64,000 nt of DNA. It comes from Octopus sinensis. Lineage: Eukaryota. Position numbers and translations under genes: made by a program. The stretch covers positions 1,116,001 through 1,180,000 of the forward strand of contig NC_043018.1 of NCBI RefSeq assembly GCF_006345805.1, given 5' to 3'. Below, piece by piece: positions 1 through 11,626 of the stretch. Each line of letters begins with the position of its first letter. Within the stretch, counting starts at the first letter, position 1. Under the pieces are notes generated by a model. The model had not been told where the DNA came from. It was given only the letters and a program-made list of their open reading frames with translations, and searched no databases.

Positions 1-31
<31 letters not shown>

Positions 32-41
32 ATATATATTA

Positions 42-84
<43 letters not shown>

Positions 85-120
85 TATATATGTACACATA
101 ATATATACATATATATATAT
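1..120. repeat. (TA)n microsatellite
   Basis: Direct reading; one of dozens of (TA)n tracts in the window. Confidence 0.95.
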
Positions 121-340
121 TTAGGTAGTTGAATGAATTATCTTAGTGTGGATAATTCGGTTAACCGATACCTGGGTAGCAAATTCCCGTCAGAAAACAC
201 GTTTGAAGCTACATGCAAAGGGCAGAGATCACGTGCTTTCATGTGGAAAGTTTTTCTTTCGAAATTAGGAATATGCAGCCTTCGAAACATATGTCGAGAA
301 TAAAGGAATTTTGTTAATCGTCGTTCAACCCCATTCTTTC
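121..340. mobile_element. Internally inverted fragment of hammerhead-bearing repeat family H2
   Basis: 121-250 matches 41575-41705 in the same orientation (gaatgaattatctta...aaccgatacctgggtagcaaa). 260-340 matches the reverse complement of 41730-41815 (gcagccttcgaaacatatgt...aaaggaattttgttaa). (TA)n on both sides. Confidence 0.75.
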
Positions 341-429
341 ATTATTTATTTATATATATATTATATATAATATATATATATATATATATAAATACACTCA
401 GACATATAACGTATATTCGTCGAAAATCA

Positions 430-1169
430 GTTTTTGCCCACTGACTTTTGGCAACACCTATCTGCGCACATGCTGTTAATAGAAACCGGATATGCGAAGA
501 TGCCAATAAATGACGGCCGTTTTTGAAATGCATCACTATAAGTGATGAGTTATATGGTTATTGACGATTTTCGGCATATTTGGTATTAGAACTTTTATTT
601 TGCCCTTGTTCGTAAATTTAACCTCTAAAGGTATTTTTTAATATGCTGGCCATTGATAAAATTTTTTCGAAAAATGTTATCCTATATTAGACGTTAATTT
701 AAATACTATTCATTTCCGGACTCTCACTTTATGAGAATTTTCAGTCCGATCAACATGTCTCGGGGTGTGGTATAGAATTTTTATTTTGGATATACTAAGG
801 GTACTTAAGAGTACTCAGGACTTAGTGTTTGCTTCTTCCATGGGTATAAGTAAGTATTTCATTTACTTCTTACCGTATTTATCGCTGACGAGGAGAGAAT
901 TCGTATGAATTAAAACTGAAATCGGAACCGATACAATAATAACGGAAGTTTTTGAAATTTCTGTCGGCTTACTTCGACACGCGTGCTTATAGTGATGAAT
1001 TATATGGTTGTTGACGATTTAAGTTGATTTTCGAGATATTTGGCATTGTAATTTTTCTCTTGCCCTTGTTTATAAGTTGTTTATAAATTTAACCTTTAAA
1101 TGTATTTTTTTAATATGCTGGCCATTGATAGAACTTTTTTCAAAAAATTTTATCCTATATTAGATATTA

Positions 1170-1172
<3 letters not shown>
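430..1172 (+). repeat. Tandem ~450-490 bp non-coding monomer (family H1), ~1.6 units, ending in (TA)n
   Basis: gtgatga..tatatggtt..tgacgat recurs at 542 and 992. cctatattaga recurs at 681 and 1154. A reverse-complement copy lies at 7061-7572. Confidence 0.8.
880..933 (+). ncRNA. Degenerate type I hammerhead ribozyme (H1)
   Basis: tatcg-CTGACGA-(stem II remnant AATTC/GAATT)-GAAA-TCGG-AAC-cgata. Stem I is perfect (tatcg/cgata), but the GUC triplet is disrupted relative to the 7303-7360 copy. Confidence 0.55.
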
Positions 1173-1208
<36 letters not shown>

Positions 1209-1837
1209 AGTATGTGTATATATGTATGTATGTATATATATATATATCTGTACGTTTGTAGATATGTATTTTGTATCTATGTATATTTGCATGTATATAG
1301 TTATTCTGGTTTTGGGAAGAAATACTTAAGCGTGGTACTGTGCCCATGACTTATTCAGTTATTCATGTATCATCCATTTTGATTTGCTCAAATCGTTTGA
1401 TGTTAGGCAGCGTTGGAGAAACTCCTTTGTTGAATTCCGATAACGCCATTTCCCCTTTCAGACCAAATCCCAAGGCTGACGGGCTTTATGGGTGATATAA
1501 TAACAGAATCCTACAAGAAAAGAAAGTAATAAGTTGTGTTAGTTGTGGCTGTATGAGAAATGTTATCTGCGCCCACATTCGATTTTCATTCTCTCGGTTT
1601 TAGGTAGGTGTAAGTAGGGGATCAATGCAAAAATATTTACACCTCCTATTCATTTTCGGCCCTATACCTAAATTTATATTACGAGAGCAGGGGATTTTGA
1701 GAATCATTAGAGTCTCAGAGAAATTGTTTTATGCTCTCTATACCGGCTCCTTGCGTTCTAACCCAAATTTCGAATGATACTGAGGTGAACTTTGCCTTTG
1801 AGCCTATTCTGTCCAATAGAATTCAGTAGCAGGCACA

Positions 1838-2287
1838 CTGGGATCAATATTATTCAGTGTGACTCGCACCTCAATGCCACAAGTCATTTTGCTGTGATTA
1901 TAGTTTATTTTCGCAATGCTTGTGTTTCTGGGATCAATATTATTCAGTGTGACTCGCACATCAATGCCACAAGTCATTTTGCTGTGATTATAGTTTATTT
2001 TCGCAATGCTTGTGTTTCTGGGATCAATATTATTCAGTGTGACTCGCACCTCAATTCACAAGTCATTTTGCTGTGATTATAGTTTATTTTCGCATGCTTG
2101 TGTTTCTGGATCAATATTATTCAGTGTGACTCGCACCTCAATGCCACAAGTCATTTTGCTGTGATTATAGTTTATTTTCGCAATGCTTGTGTTTCTGGGA
2201 TCAATATTATTCAGTATGACTCGCACCTCAATGCCACAAGTCATTTTGCTGTGATTATAGTTTATTTTCGCAATGCTTGTGTTTCTG
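1838..2287. repeat. 90-bp minisatellite, 5 near-identical copies
   Basis: ggatcaatattattcag starts at 1841, 1931, 2021, 2108 and 2198. Confidence 0.95.
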
Positions 2288-2364
2288 CTACTGTTTCTGT
2301 TTTTCGTTTGAAATTGTATGTTTAATGCTCCTGCTTATTGTGGCCCACGTGCAAAACAAACGAA

Positions 2365-2366
<2 letters not shown>

Positions 2367-2397
<31 letters not shown>

Positions 2398-2760
2398 GTG
2401 AGAGAGCAGTACATGCCATCAAAGTGACGCTGGGGTAAAATATACGAAGCCCAGCATACCCATCATGACTACCCGTCTGATAAGGGTACACCAGGCACAT
2501 GCATCACAACCATATGTGCGCGACATGGTGATCTCATATCAAGATAAACAGCACATGACCTTGCAGGTGGGGCCCAGTTAGAATTTTCTTCAGGTCGAGT
2601 AACCCATCCCACTCGAAAGGTCCCTGAATAAGGGTTGTTTAAGGATATTGAACGAAACACCCATGTTTCCAGAGGTGAATTATTCAAACCCTAAAGAATC
2701 CCTCTCAACACACGGCTATGATGCTCCCCCACTACTTCTGCTCGTGATCAGAGTTGCACT
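2367..2760 (-). mobile_element. Interspersed retroposon 3' part with (AAT)n tail
   Basis: GC-richer non-coding block bounded by (TTA)n on both sides. It resembles an abundant octopus repeat (recall only). Confidence 0.35.
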
Positions 2761-2978
2761 TATTATTATTATTATTATTGCTATTACACGCTCATACTTC
2801 GGCTTGCCTCACCCTAGACCCACTTTTCTCATAGATTTGTTATTATTATTATTAATATCATTATTATTATCATCATCATTATTATCATCATTATTATTAT
2901 CATCATCATCATTATTATTATGATCATCAATATTATTATTATCAGTATTATTATTCAGAAGTAGTAGTAGTAGTAGTA

Positions 2979-3191
2979 AGCGGTGACCTGGCTGAAACGT
3001 TAGCACGCCGGGCAATGCGCTTAGCGGCATTTCCACCGTCTTTAAGTTCTGAGTCCAAAAATCCGCCGAAATCGACTTTACCTTTATCCTTTCGGGGTCG
3101 ATCACATAAGTCGCAGTTGAGGACTGGAAACGATGTAATTGACTGACCCCGTTACCCCCAAAATCGCTGGCCTTGCGCCAAAATTTGAAAT

Positions 3192-3192
<1 letters not shown>
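2979..3192 (+). mobile_element. SINE family B (Deu/Nin-like core), tail type 2
   Basis: gttctgagt..aaatccgccga..tcgacttt.cctt.atcctttcggggtcgat core shared with about 10 copies in the window. Confidence 0.8.
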
Positions 3193-3237
<45 letters not shown>

Positions 3238-3253
3238 GCTACTACTACTACTG

Positions 3254-3285
<32 letters not shown>

Positions 3286-3322
3286 GCTGCTGCTACTACT
3301 GCTACTACTACAACTGCTGCTG

Positions 3323-3368
<46 letters not shown>

Positions 3369-3400
3369 CGCTGCTGCTGCTACTACTGTTGCTAATATTA
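3192..3400. repeat. (TAC)n microsatellite (source of poly-T/L/S ORFs)
   Basis: Direct reading. Confidence 0.95.
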
Positions 3401-4171
3401 TTAGAAGCAGTAACATTTTTATTACTATTGTAAATATCGTAATTCTCTTGATGGAATATGATGTAATGAGAGAGAGAGAAAAAGAGGTAGAGATTCATAA
3501 AGAGAGGAGGAGGAGGAAATTATGAGAAATCAAAGTCGAGAGAAGAAAGAAGGAAAAGGAATCAAAGAGAGAGAAGGGAGAGAGGGGGAGAGAGAGGAGA
3601 GAGAGGGGAAGAGAGAGGAGAGAGATGGAGAGGGTAATACCTTCATCCATCTATCTACACAAACAGATAATCATTCGCTCTCATCTATAGATGCCTGTGA
3701 GACATCAATGAGCCAACAACTATAGTTTATGGCGACACATGCCATTAAGCATCCCCTTTAAACCAAACACACTGTTGATAATCCATTCTGACAATGCTAT
3801 TGTTCTACGTAATCTTCAAATATTAATTGCATATATTAATTAGAAGACATCTATGGCATGCGCCATGATGTATGTCCGTGCCGTAATAAGAGTGAATAGT
3901 GAGCTAATTTAGAAGGACAAACACAATCGTTTATGTATCAAGGCGAATAAACATATACACTTATAGTCATAATTTCGTATGCAATATGCTTACACATACG
4001 GCCGCAAACAGCCACTATGGCACGCATAGGGACTAAGATGTACAGGGGTTTGTAAAAATATTGACGCACACATTTGCTTGCGAATACACCAGTCCGCACT
4101 TAACCATGCACATCAGCGAAACGATGGTTGGATGGATGGATGGATGGAGATAGATAGATAGATAGATAGAC

Positions 4172-4231
<60 letters not shown>

Positions 4232-4237
4232 GGATAG

Positions 4238-6284
4238 ATATGTTTCTTTATTAGCCACACAGGGCTGCACACAGATAGAACAAATTACAAGGTAGAGCTT
4301 TTCTTTGAAGGTTTAAAAAAAAAAATAAAATATAATAATAATAAAAAAAAATAAAATAAAATAAAAAAGGGGGGTCGATCAAAAGGGATCGTAAAAGGAG
4401 AGAAAGAGGACAAAAAAAGGGGGGGTTAAAAAAAAAGGGGGAGAGGAAAAAAAATTGATCAATAGGGATCGTTATCACAGAAATGTCAATATGAAGTGCA
4501 AAGGGGAGGACAGGTGAGGTTTACCCGTGGAAAGAAAAGCCTACGGAAAAGACCACGGTAACCTCGGTCAATGAAGTCACATGTTATATTTCTTTTTTTT
4601 TTTTGCAAATAAGCAACTCTCTGTATTAATTTTTACGGTTCATAGAATCATAGTCATGGTGGCTTCGTCATTCATACGTGCCATCCTTGCTACATTCACC
4701 CATCTTTTTTTAAAACATTCACTAGACAAAACTTGCCTCTCTACTCTCACTTTTTTCTTCAAGTGATGCTTGAAGAAGTTGATGAGAGATTGACCAGAGA
4801 GGAAAGTGTTTGTCTCTAATCCTTTCAGACGCGTCCACCAGATACATTCTTTCGCCATAGCCACAAGTATGATAAAAATAGCTCTTCCTTCCCGTTTGAA
4901 GGAAGGAGGCGTGACGATATTAACGATAGACTCGGCTGATAAACCGACACGTCCCACACGTGACAGCAGTCGTTCGACATAAGCCCACAGGTGGGAAATT
5001 GCTGGACACTGCACGATTGCGTGCAGAGCGTTTCGTCGCTCTGCCCGCATCTCGGGCAGGTCGGCCCCGTGTTTCTCGAGCCATGCCTATAGAGCTTATC
5101 CCGACGGGTAGCGCTTCTCGGTAGCACGCCAGGCCAGGGATCTCTGGAAGTTGTCCATAGGTCCCGGGCCGAAAGTCGTTTGAAACAGGCGGGTCAGGTA
5201 TTCCTCGTCGACGCCCAGGTTTGCTCCGAGCTCGTCGTCGTACCTCCCTCCACTAATCCCCTATAGAATGCTTTGGTTGTGTTGAAGTCACTCAAGGTCG
5301 ACCCGGGACGGCAGAGTTGCTTGAGAGCAACGCGACACTCGCGGTGCCATTCGCCCTTCTTCGGCCTCTTTTTGATCCACGACTGTAGTTCGGTCACGGA
5401 GACGAGTTGCGGGAATGCGTGCCTCACAAACGGCGACCACACCTGTTCACCGTCGTCTACATAGTGGCCGGAGATGTCGCAGTCTCAGCGCGTGTCTGCG
5501 CATCATCAACCACGGCATGCCCAGCCCTCCTTTTACGGGTGTTGACAGCAAATGGATCGCCTGACCATCGGGACGCATCCTTTCCACAAGAAGCGGAAGA
5601 GGATGCGTTCTAGTTTGGTGATGGTAGGGTCGGGACAAGGTACGACGGTCAGGCGGTAGTAGATGATGGACGCGATGTACGCGTTCACCACCTCCGCCCG
5701 ACCTTTTAGGGACAGTTTCCTCTCGGCCCATTGCTGGGCGAGAGTGACCACCCTACTCGTTATCTCGTTCCAGTTCTTCTCCATTTGGAGGTCCGGACCG
5801 AACCAGACCCCGAGCAACTCAACGGGCCGTCTGTCCAGCGTCCCACGACGGAGGTACTGGTGGACGGCATGGGCTTGCTTCTCCAGGTGCCGAGCCGCAA
5901 GCCCACTGACTTTTCCCGGTTGATTTTTGCTCCTGTCACCGCTTCGTAGTCTTTCAGTGTATCGCCGACCCGCTCGATGTGCTCGTGGCTGACACTATGA
6001 CGGTGACGTCGTCCGCGTATGCAGACACGCTCGTCCCGCATCCTAATTCTCGCGGGATGCCCCTCAGAGTCGCCAGCTTCCGCAGTAGTGGCTCAAGAGT
6101 CAATACGTATAGAAGCGCCGAGAGGGGGCATCCCTGACGGACCGAACGTGCAATGTCGAAGGGTCTCGATAGATGTCCATTTACGCGAATTACCGAACGG
6201 ATGCCTCTGTACAAGGCAGCTATCCAGCCGCGGAAGACGGGACCGAAACCAGCCGCTCTCAGGACTGCCTCCAAGTATCGATGG
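4238..6284 (-). mobile_element. 5'-truncated L1/Tx1-clade LINE copy flanked by (TATC)n
   Basis: Near-identical reverse complement of ~31306-33384. Encodes the RT C-half (SAYADDVT), the C-terminal CPRC...H...C knuckle and the full 3' UTR ending aataaagaaacata. (GATA)n abuts both ends. Confidence 0.95.
4640..6284 (-). pseudogene. Tx1 ORF2 C-terminal part (RT + zinc-binding domain), frameshifted
   Basis: ORF-track fragments [51 protein letters not shown] across several frames. Confidence 0.9.
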
Positions 6285-6288
6285 AGGC

Positions 6289-6289
<1 letters not shown>

Positions 6290-6360
<71 letters not shown>

Positions 6361-6465
6361 GGATGGATGGATAGATAGATAGATAGATGGATGGATGGAT
6401 GGATGGATGGATGGATGGATGGATGGATGGATGGATGGATGGATGGATGGATAGATAGATAGAGA
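6290..6465. repeat. (GATA)n/(GGAT)n microsatellite
   Basis: Direct reading. Confidence 0.95.
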
Positions 6466-7027
6466 GATACATGGAGAAAGAAAGAGGGAGAAAGAGAGAA
6501 AAAAGAATGGAGTGACACAGAGAAACAGAGAGAGAGAGAGAGAGAGAGATAGAGTAGAAGACGGAGGGACAGAAAGAGAGGCATAGTAATACAGATACAC
6601 TGGCCCTCATATGTATCCACACTTGTATATAGGCTTCCTCAACTCTAAAAAAACTAATATTCATTCACAAACAAGCACGGATGCACAACTACGTTTACCT
6701 AACCTACACAAACCCAAACGCTGGCCACATTAAGATACATCCGCACACCTAAACACATACATTTACAAAACATAAAAGCAGGTTTTATATACAGAAGTAC
6801 ACTTGCCTATGCGCTCATATGCAATAGCCATGCACATAGCAATACTTATAAACGCATAAATTCGCACGTATGATCTCTCACACACGCACATAAACATGCA
6901 ATATAGGCGTGCAAGTACGTCTTTCATTGTATGTATGATGGCATGCCTATTCATATGTATTAAGACGCACGTATAAAGAATATATGCATACACTGAAAGT
7001 TCAACATAAGGAAAATAATTTGAACTG

Positions 7028-7060
<33 letters not shown>

Positions 7061-7063
<3 letters not shown>

Positions 7064-7572
7064 ATGTAGGATAATTTTTTTTCTAAAAAAAAATTTTGTC
7101 AATGGCCAGCATATTAAAAAATACCTTTAAAAGTTAAATTTATAAACAACTTATAAACAACTTATAAATAGGGGCAAACGAAAAAATTTCTAATGCCAAA
7201 TATGCCGAAATTAGACACCCTGTCCATAACCATATAATTTTTCACAATACGCACGCTACTCAAAAAAAGGTCGACAGAAATCTCTAAAAAATTCCATTAT
7301 TACCATATCGGACCGATTTCAGGGTTAGTTCGTAAGAACCATCCCTTCGTCAGTGATAAATGTGGCAAAGAAATAAATGAGATACTTACTCATACCCATG
7401 GAAGAAGCAAACACTAAGTCATGAGCACAATTAAGTTACCCAAATACATCCAAAACAGAAATTCTCTAGCTCATTTGAGACACGTGCGATTTGAACTGAG
7501 GCTCTCACTGAGTGAGAGAGTCCTGAAGTGAACACTATTAAATTTATATTTAATGTAGGATAAAATTTTTTG
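7061..7572 (-). repeat. Family H1 monomer (489-bp period), ending in (TA)n
   Basis: ttaatgtaggata at 7061 and 7550; reverse complement of the 430-1172 repeat. Confidence 0.85.
7303..7360 (-). ncRNA. Type I hammerhead ribozyme, apparently intact (H1)
   Basis: Minus strand reads tttatca CTGACGA AGGG A TGGTTC ttac GAACTA A CCCT GAAA TCGG TC cgata. It has a complete core, a 10-bp stem II and a minimal quasi-palindromic stem III. The GUC cleavage site lies between 7311 and 7310. Confidence 0.8.
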
Positions 7573-7880
7573 GGGGGCCGACCAAAGCCTCGTGAGTGGA
7601 TTTGGTAGACGGAAACTGAAAGAAGCCCGTCGTATATATATATATATATATATAATATGTATGTATGTGTGTGTGTGTGTGTGTGTGTGATTTTGTCCCC
7701 CACCAACGTCGCTTGGCAACGGATGCAGGCGTGTTTACGTCCCCGTAACTTAGCGGTTCGGAAAAAAGAGACCGATAGAATAAGTACCAGGCTTACAACA
7801 AATAAGTCCTGGAGTGGATTTGCTCGACTAAAGGCGGTGCTTCAGCATGGTCGCAGTCAAATGTAAAAGGAGTAAATAAA
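7573..7880 (+). mobile_element. SINE family A (tRNA-derived, internal microsatellite), 5'-truncated
   Basis: gtggatttggtagacggaaactgaaagaagcccgtcgta...aaaggcggtgcttcagcatggtcgcagtcaaatg, shared with 21066-21500 and 42925-43330. Confidence 0.85.
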
Positions 7881-8619
7881 AATATTCCCTTCGTTTCGCT
7901 GCTTTTCTTTCTACGAAATGAGTGGAGACATTGCAGAACTCTTTATTTTAACGAGTTGTATCTATTTATCACCCAATGAGACAAATCTGCAGCGCTGGAC
8001 GCTCCTGAACCAGTTATTAAGTTTCCCACCCGCAGGGCATTGATGCATGATGTATCGAAATAATTACTGTGATTACTAAAATTCCTCGTATATTCCAGCT
8101 TTCATTTACCATATACATAACGGACTGTAAAAGTGACTGTACTTTACCAGTAAGTACAGGTGTAAACCATTCCCTTTATTAATTTATATATGTTTGCGTT
8201 TGCGTGCGAGTGTATGTGTGTGTAAGTGTGTGCGCTCATGTGTGTATGTATGTGCGTGCAAGCATGTGTGTGTATGTGTATGTGTGAATAAATATTTTAT
8301 GACCGGATTCGTAGATAAGGTCTTAGATACTCCATGACTCTTTTACATTCAGCTATACAAACATCTGCAATTAATTAATTATATATGTTAGGAGATGATC
8401 AACTAGATGCGAATGAAAAGCTGGATTTCATACGCAAATGAAATAAATGCTTGCATACATACTTTCATACATACACACAAACACAGAAGCAAAGACACAA
8501 ACGTAGATCATATATACACGCAGTATTTCTTTGTCAGGGACATGTTGGTGTATGTATAACTACCTATCTGTCTCCCCTTCGCTCTCTCTCTCTCCCTCTC
8601 TGCATGTATGTATGTATAA

Positions 8620-8652
<33 letters not shown>

Positions 8653-9297
8653 ATATATTATATATATATATATATATGTATACATAAGATACATAAGTAT
8701 AATATATATTTAAACAGAGAGAGAAAGAGAGAGAGATACACACACATACATATATATAATATGTATATAGGTATTTGTATATAAATATATATATAATTGT
8801 ATATGTAAGTAATATATTGTTATCTCTCGTACATCTATACTCGCGAGTGCTTTCATACATGTAGGATTCCACGCATTTCTGTTTCGAAAACTTACTCAAT
8901 CCCCTCACAGTGACACACACATGCAGAACCTTTCATTCTTATTTTATCTCGTTTGTTCCAGGCGCCCTGATTCTATCACTGATACTATTTCACACTTATT
9001 TAAATATATAGCGTGTTCATATTAGCAAAACTATAATGCACGTTCACGTGCTGACTAATAAATTATTAATTTCATGAAAAGACTCTTCTCAGAATTTTTA
9101 GCTGCTTGATCCTACGCGGTTTACACTTATTGAATTACGTTTTAATTAGCTGTGTATGATGTGGACGTCTTAAATTCTGTTCCGGAAGCTAAATATGCGT
9201 TACATTATGTGTAGTAAGATTGTTTTTTTAAATACATATGGAGTTGGTTTATTTAGAGAACATTGCGATCTCCTCAGCATTATTTCAATCACATAAG

Positions 9298-9870
9298 GCG
9301 TTGAGCTGGCAGAATCACTAGCAAGCCGGACAAAATGCTTAGCGGCACTTAGCGGAGGTCGACTTTGCTTTTCATTACTTCGGGGTCTATAAAATAAGTA
9401 CCAGTTGCGCACAGGGGTAGAGCTATCCGACTGGCCCCCTTCCCCAAAATTTCAGGCCTTGTGCTTATAGTAGAAAAGATTATTTCAATAAAGTAAGGGG
9501 TCGAACAAACAGAATCGTTAGCATGCCGGGCGAAATGCTTAGCGAAATTTCGTCAGCCGTTACGTTCTGAGTTCAAATTCCGCCGAGGTCGACTTTGCCT
9601 TTCATCTTTTCGGGGTCGATAAATTAAGTACCAGTTACGCACAGAGGTCGATGTAATCGACTTAAACCGTTTGTCTGTCCTTGTTTGTCCTCTCTGTGTT
9701 TAGCCCCTTGCGGGTAATAAAGAAATAGGTATTTCGTCTGCCGCTACGTTCTAAGTTCAAATTCCGTCGAGGATCGATAAATTAAGTACCAGTTAACCAC
9801 TAGGATCAATGTAATCGACTGGCCCATTTCCTCCCAAATTTCCAAGGCCTTGTGCCTAGTGAAAAAATAA
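9298..9870 (+). mobile_element. Three head-to-tail SINE B copies with alternating tail types (2,1,2)
   Basis: The core repeats at ~9355, ~9585 and ~9770. The tails are gactggcccc..caggccttgtgc and tttagccccttgcgggtaataaagaaatag. Confidence 0.8.
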
Positions 9871-10627
9871 TTACTTCAATCCCATAATTTTACGTGTGCT
9901 ATGCATTCAGCAAAGTTTACCCCGACTAATATAGATAAATAAATTTGAGTGATGTTTCTCCGTCCGTTACGTTTTTATGGTTGTTAATTCCCCCTAGACC
10001 AATGGTGCAAGGATAGCAAAAATCAAACCAGTAACTCCCCTAATTCCAGGGAAAGTCTTAAGGGGTTCTACTTTTTGTAGGGTTGCCTAATGGGATCACC
10101 ACTGATCCCCATATTTTCACTGAATTTTAAACGAAATACATAGCATTAGCGACCAAATCGGAGCATTAACAATGACTGTCATTTTCTGAAGGGCTGCTTA
10201 AATGGGGCTCCAATAACCAACCCCCCACCCAGCTTTTACTGCATTTACCTAGCTTCTACGCTTCTTGATTAAACTATGATCAGCATCAGTGCTTAGCACA
10301 TTTGCAGAAATAAGTTTGGACATTCTAAATACCTCACTTACATTCTAAATACCTTCACTTACATTCAAATCAGAATGAAGAATTATAAGAGGTATGTTTC
10401 ATGTGTGGTTGTGTGGATATTTATATTTTGTAGTTTAAGAAACCTATGTTTAGGTTGAAAACTAATCTTCCTGTTCCGGTTACAGTATCCCACTAAAACT
10501 TTAATAGAAGATAGAATGAAATTAAAATGAAATGGATCCAATTCGGAAGTCAGTGTATATGCTTGTGAGTTCGTATTTATGTGAGTTCGTGTGTTGAAGC
10601 ATATTCTGTGGTGTCTGGGGAGAATCA

Positions 10628-10789
10628 TTTTTTTGTGCGCCTTATAATTTAACTAACACACCGGTAAAACTTCCACTTAATTTTATTTTCCTAGAATTTT
10701 CGTTCCGTTTTGCAAGAGTCAAGACTATTTTAGAAAAATTGTAAGTGAAAAATTTACTGGTGAGTGTGTTAAATTATAAGGCACAAAAA
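10628..10789. mobile_element. MITE-like fold-back with ~50-bp TIRs
   Basis: tttttgtg(cg)ccttataatttaac..caccggtaaa..ttccactta versus taagtgaaaaatttactggtg..gttaaattataaggcacaaaaa. Confidence 0.75.
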
Positions 10790-10864
10790 GGAAATGACTC
10801 TCCCCAGATACAAAATATGTATGTATGTGTGTGTGTGTGTGTGTGCGTATGTACACATACATAT

Positions 10865-10897
<33 letters not shown>

Positions 10898-11526
10898 ACC
10901 GTGTGTATATATCAGCATATTACTGCTTATTTATGCATACACACACATGACCAAGTGCTTATGAATGTTTTTGCTGTGTTATGTATAAAAAAGAAAACTA
11001 AGTTTATTTTATGAAAGATATGCTTTTTAGGAAAGATATTTTGATCACAATTAAATTTCCCGATTTCTTCATTAGCCTTGAACATATAGTTCCTACCAAT
11101 ATTATTTCTAATTCCATTAGTTCCCTACTCCAATATATATCCCCATTTCCTCAGAATGTATTGGAGCAAAGAATTCCGTGAAAATTGGAAAGTGAAAATA
11201 AAGGATCGTGAAAATTACTTATTTGATATCACATCAGGCTTATTCGAAAACTCTTGTTTGCGGTGTGCAATTTTTTTTCTTTGATCCAATAAGCTTTTAT
11301 CGGTGAAAATAGGGAACAAGTTTTCTTTAAAACATTTCATATTAAATCAGGATATATGGTAGAATTTAACACGGAAATACTGCATTATGAAGAAAGGATA
11401 CGGCGTTGCATAACAGAATTGTGGAGAAAGATTGAACGTCAAAAATACAATTTCTATTATCATTTAAGACATAATGCTGATAACAGGAAATATCAAAGAA
11501 ATATGAAAATTCTGTGAGAAGTAGAT

Positions 11527-11626
11527 NNNNNNNNNNNNNNNNNNNNNNNNNNNNNNNNNNNNNNNNNNNNNNNNNNNNNNNNNNNNNNNNNNNNNNNNNN
11601 NNNNNNNNNNNNNNNNNNNNNNNNNN
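11527..11626. other. 100-N scaffold gap
   Basis: Run of exactly 100 N; adjacency and distance across it are unverified. Confidence 0.99.

Noticed and set aside
1838-2287. CRISPR-like array
   Set aside because: The units are wholly repeated with no unique spacers; eukaryotic context and no cas genes.
2809-3525. Long poly-S/T/L/V ORFs (also 25717-26245, 55070-56810, 57864-58586 and many YIYI/HTHT/LSIY ORFs)
   Set aside because: Translations of microsatellites on several overlapping frames; no domain content.
8868-8915. Hammerhead-like CTGTGA...GAAAC on the minus strand
   Set aside because: The core lacks a nucleotide, stem II is mostly G-U, and there is no stem III or NUH; compatible with chance.
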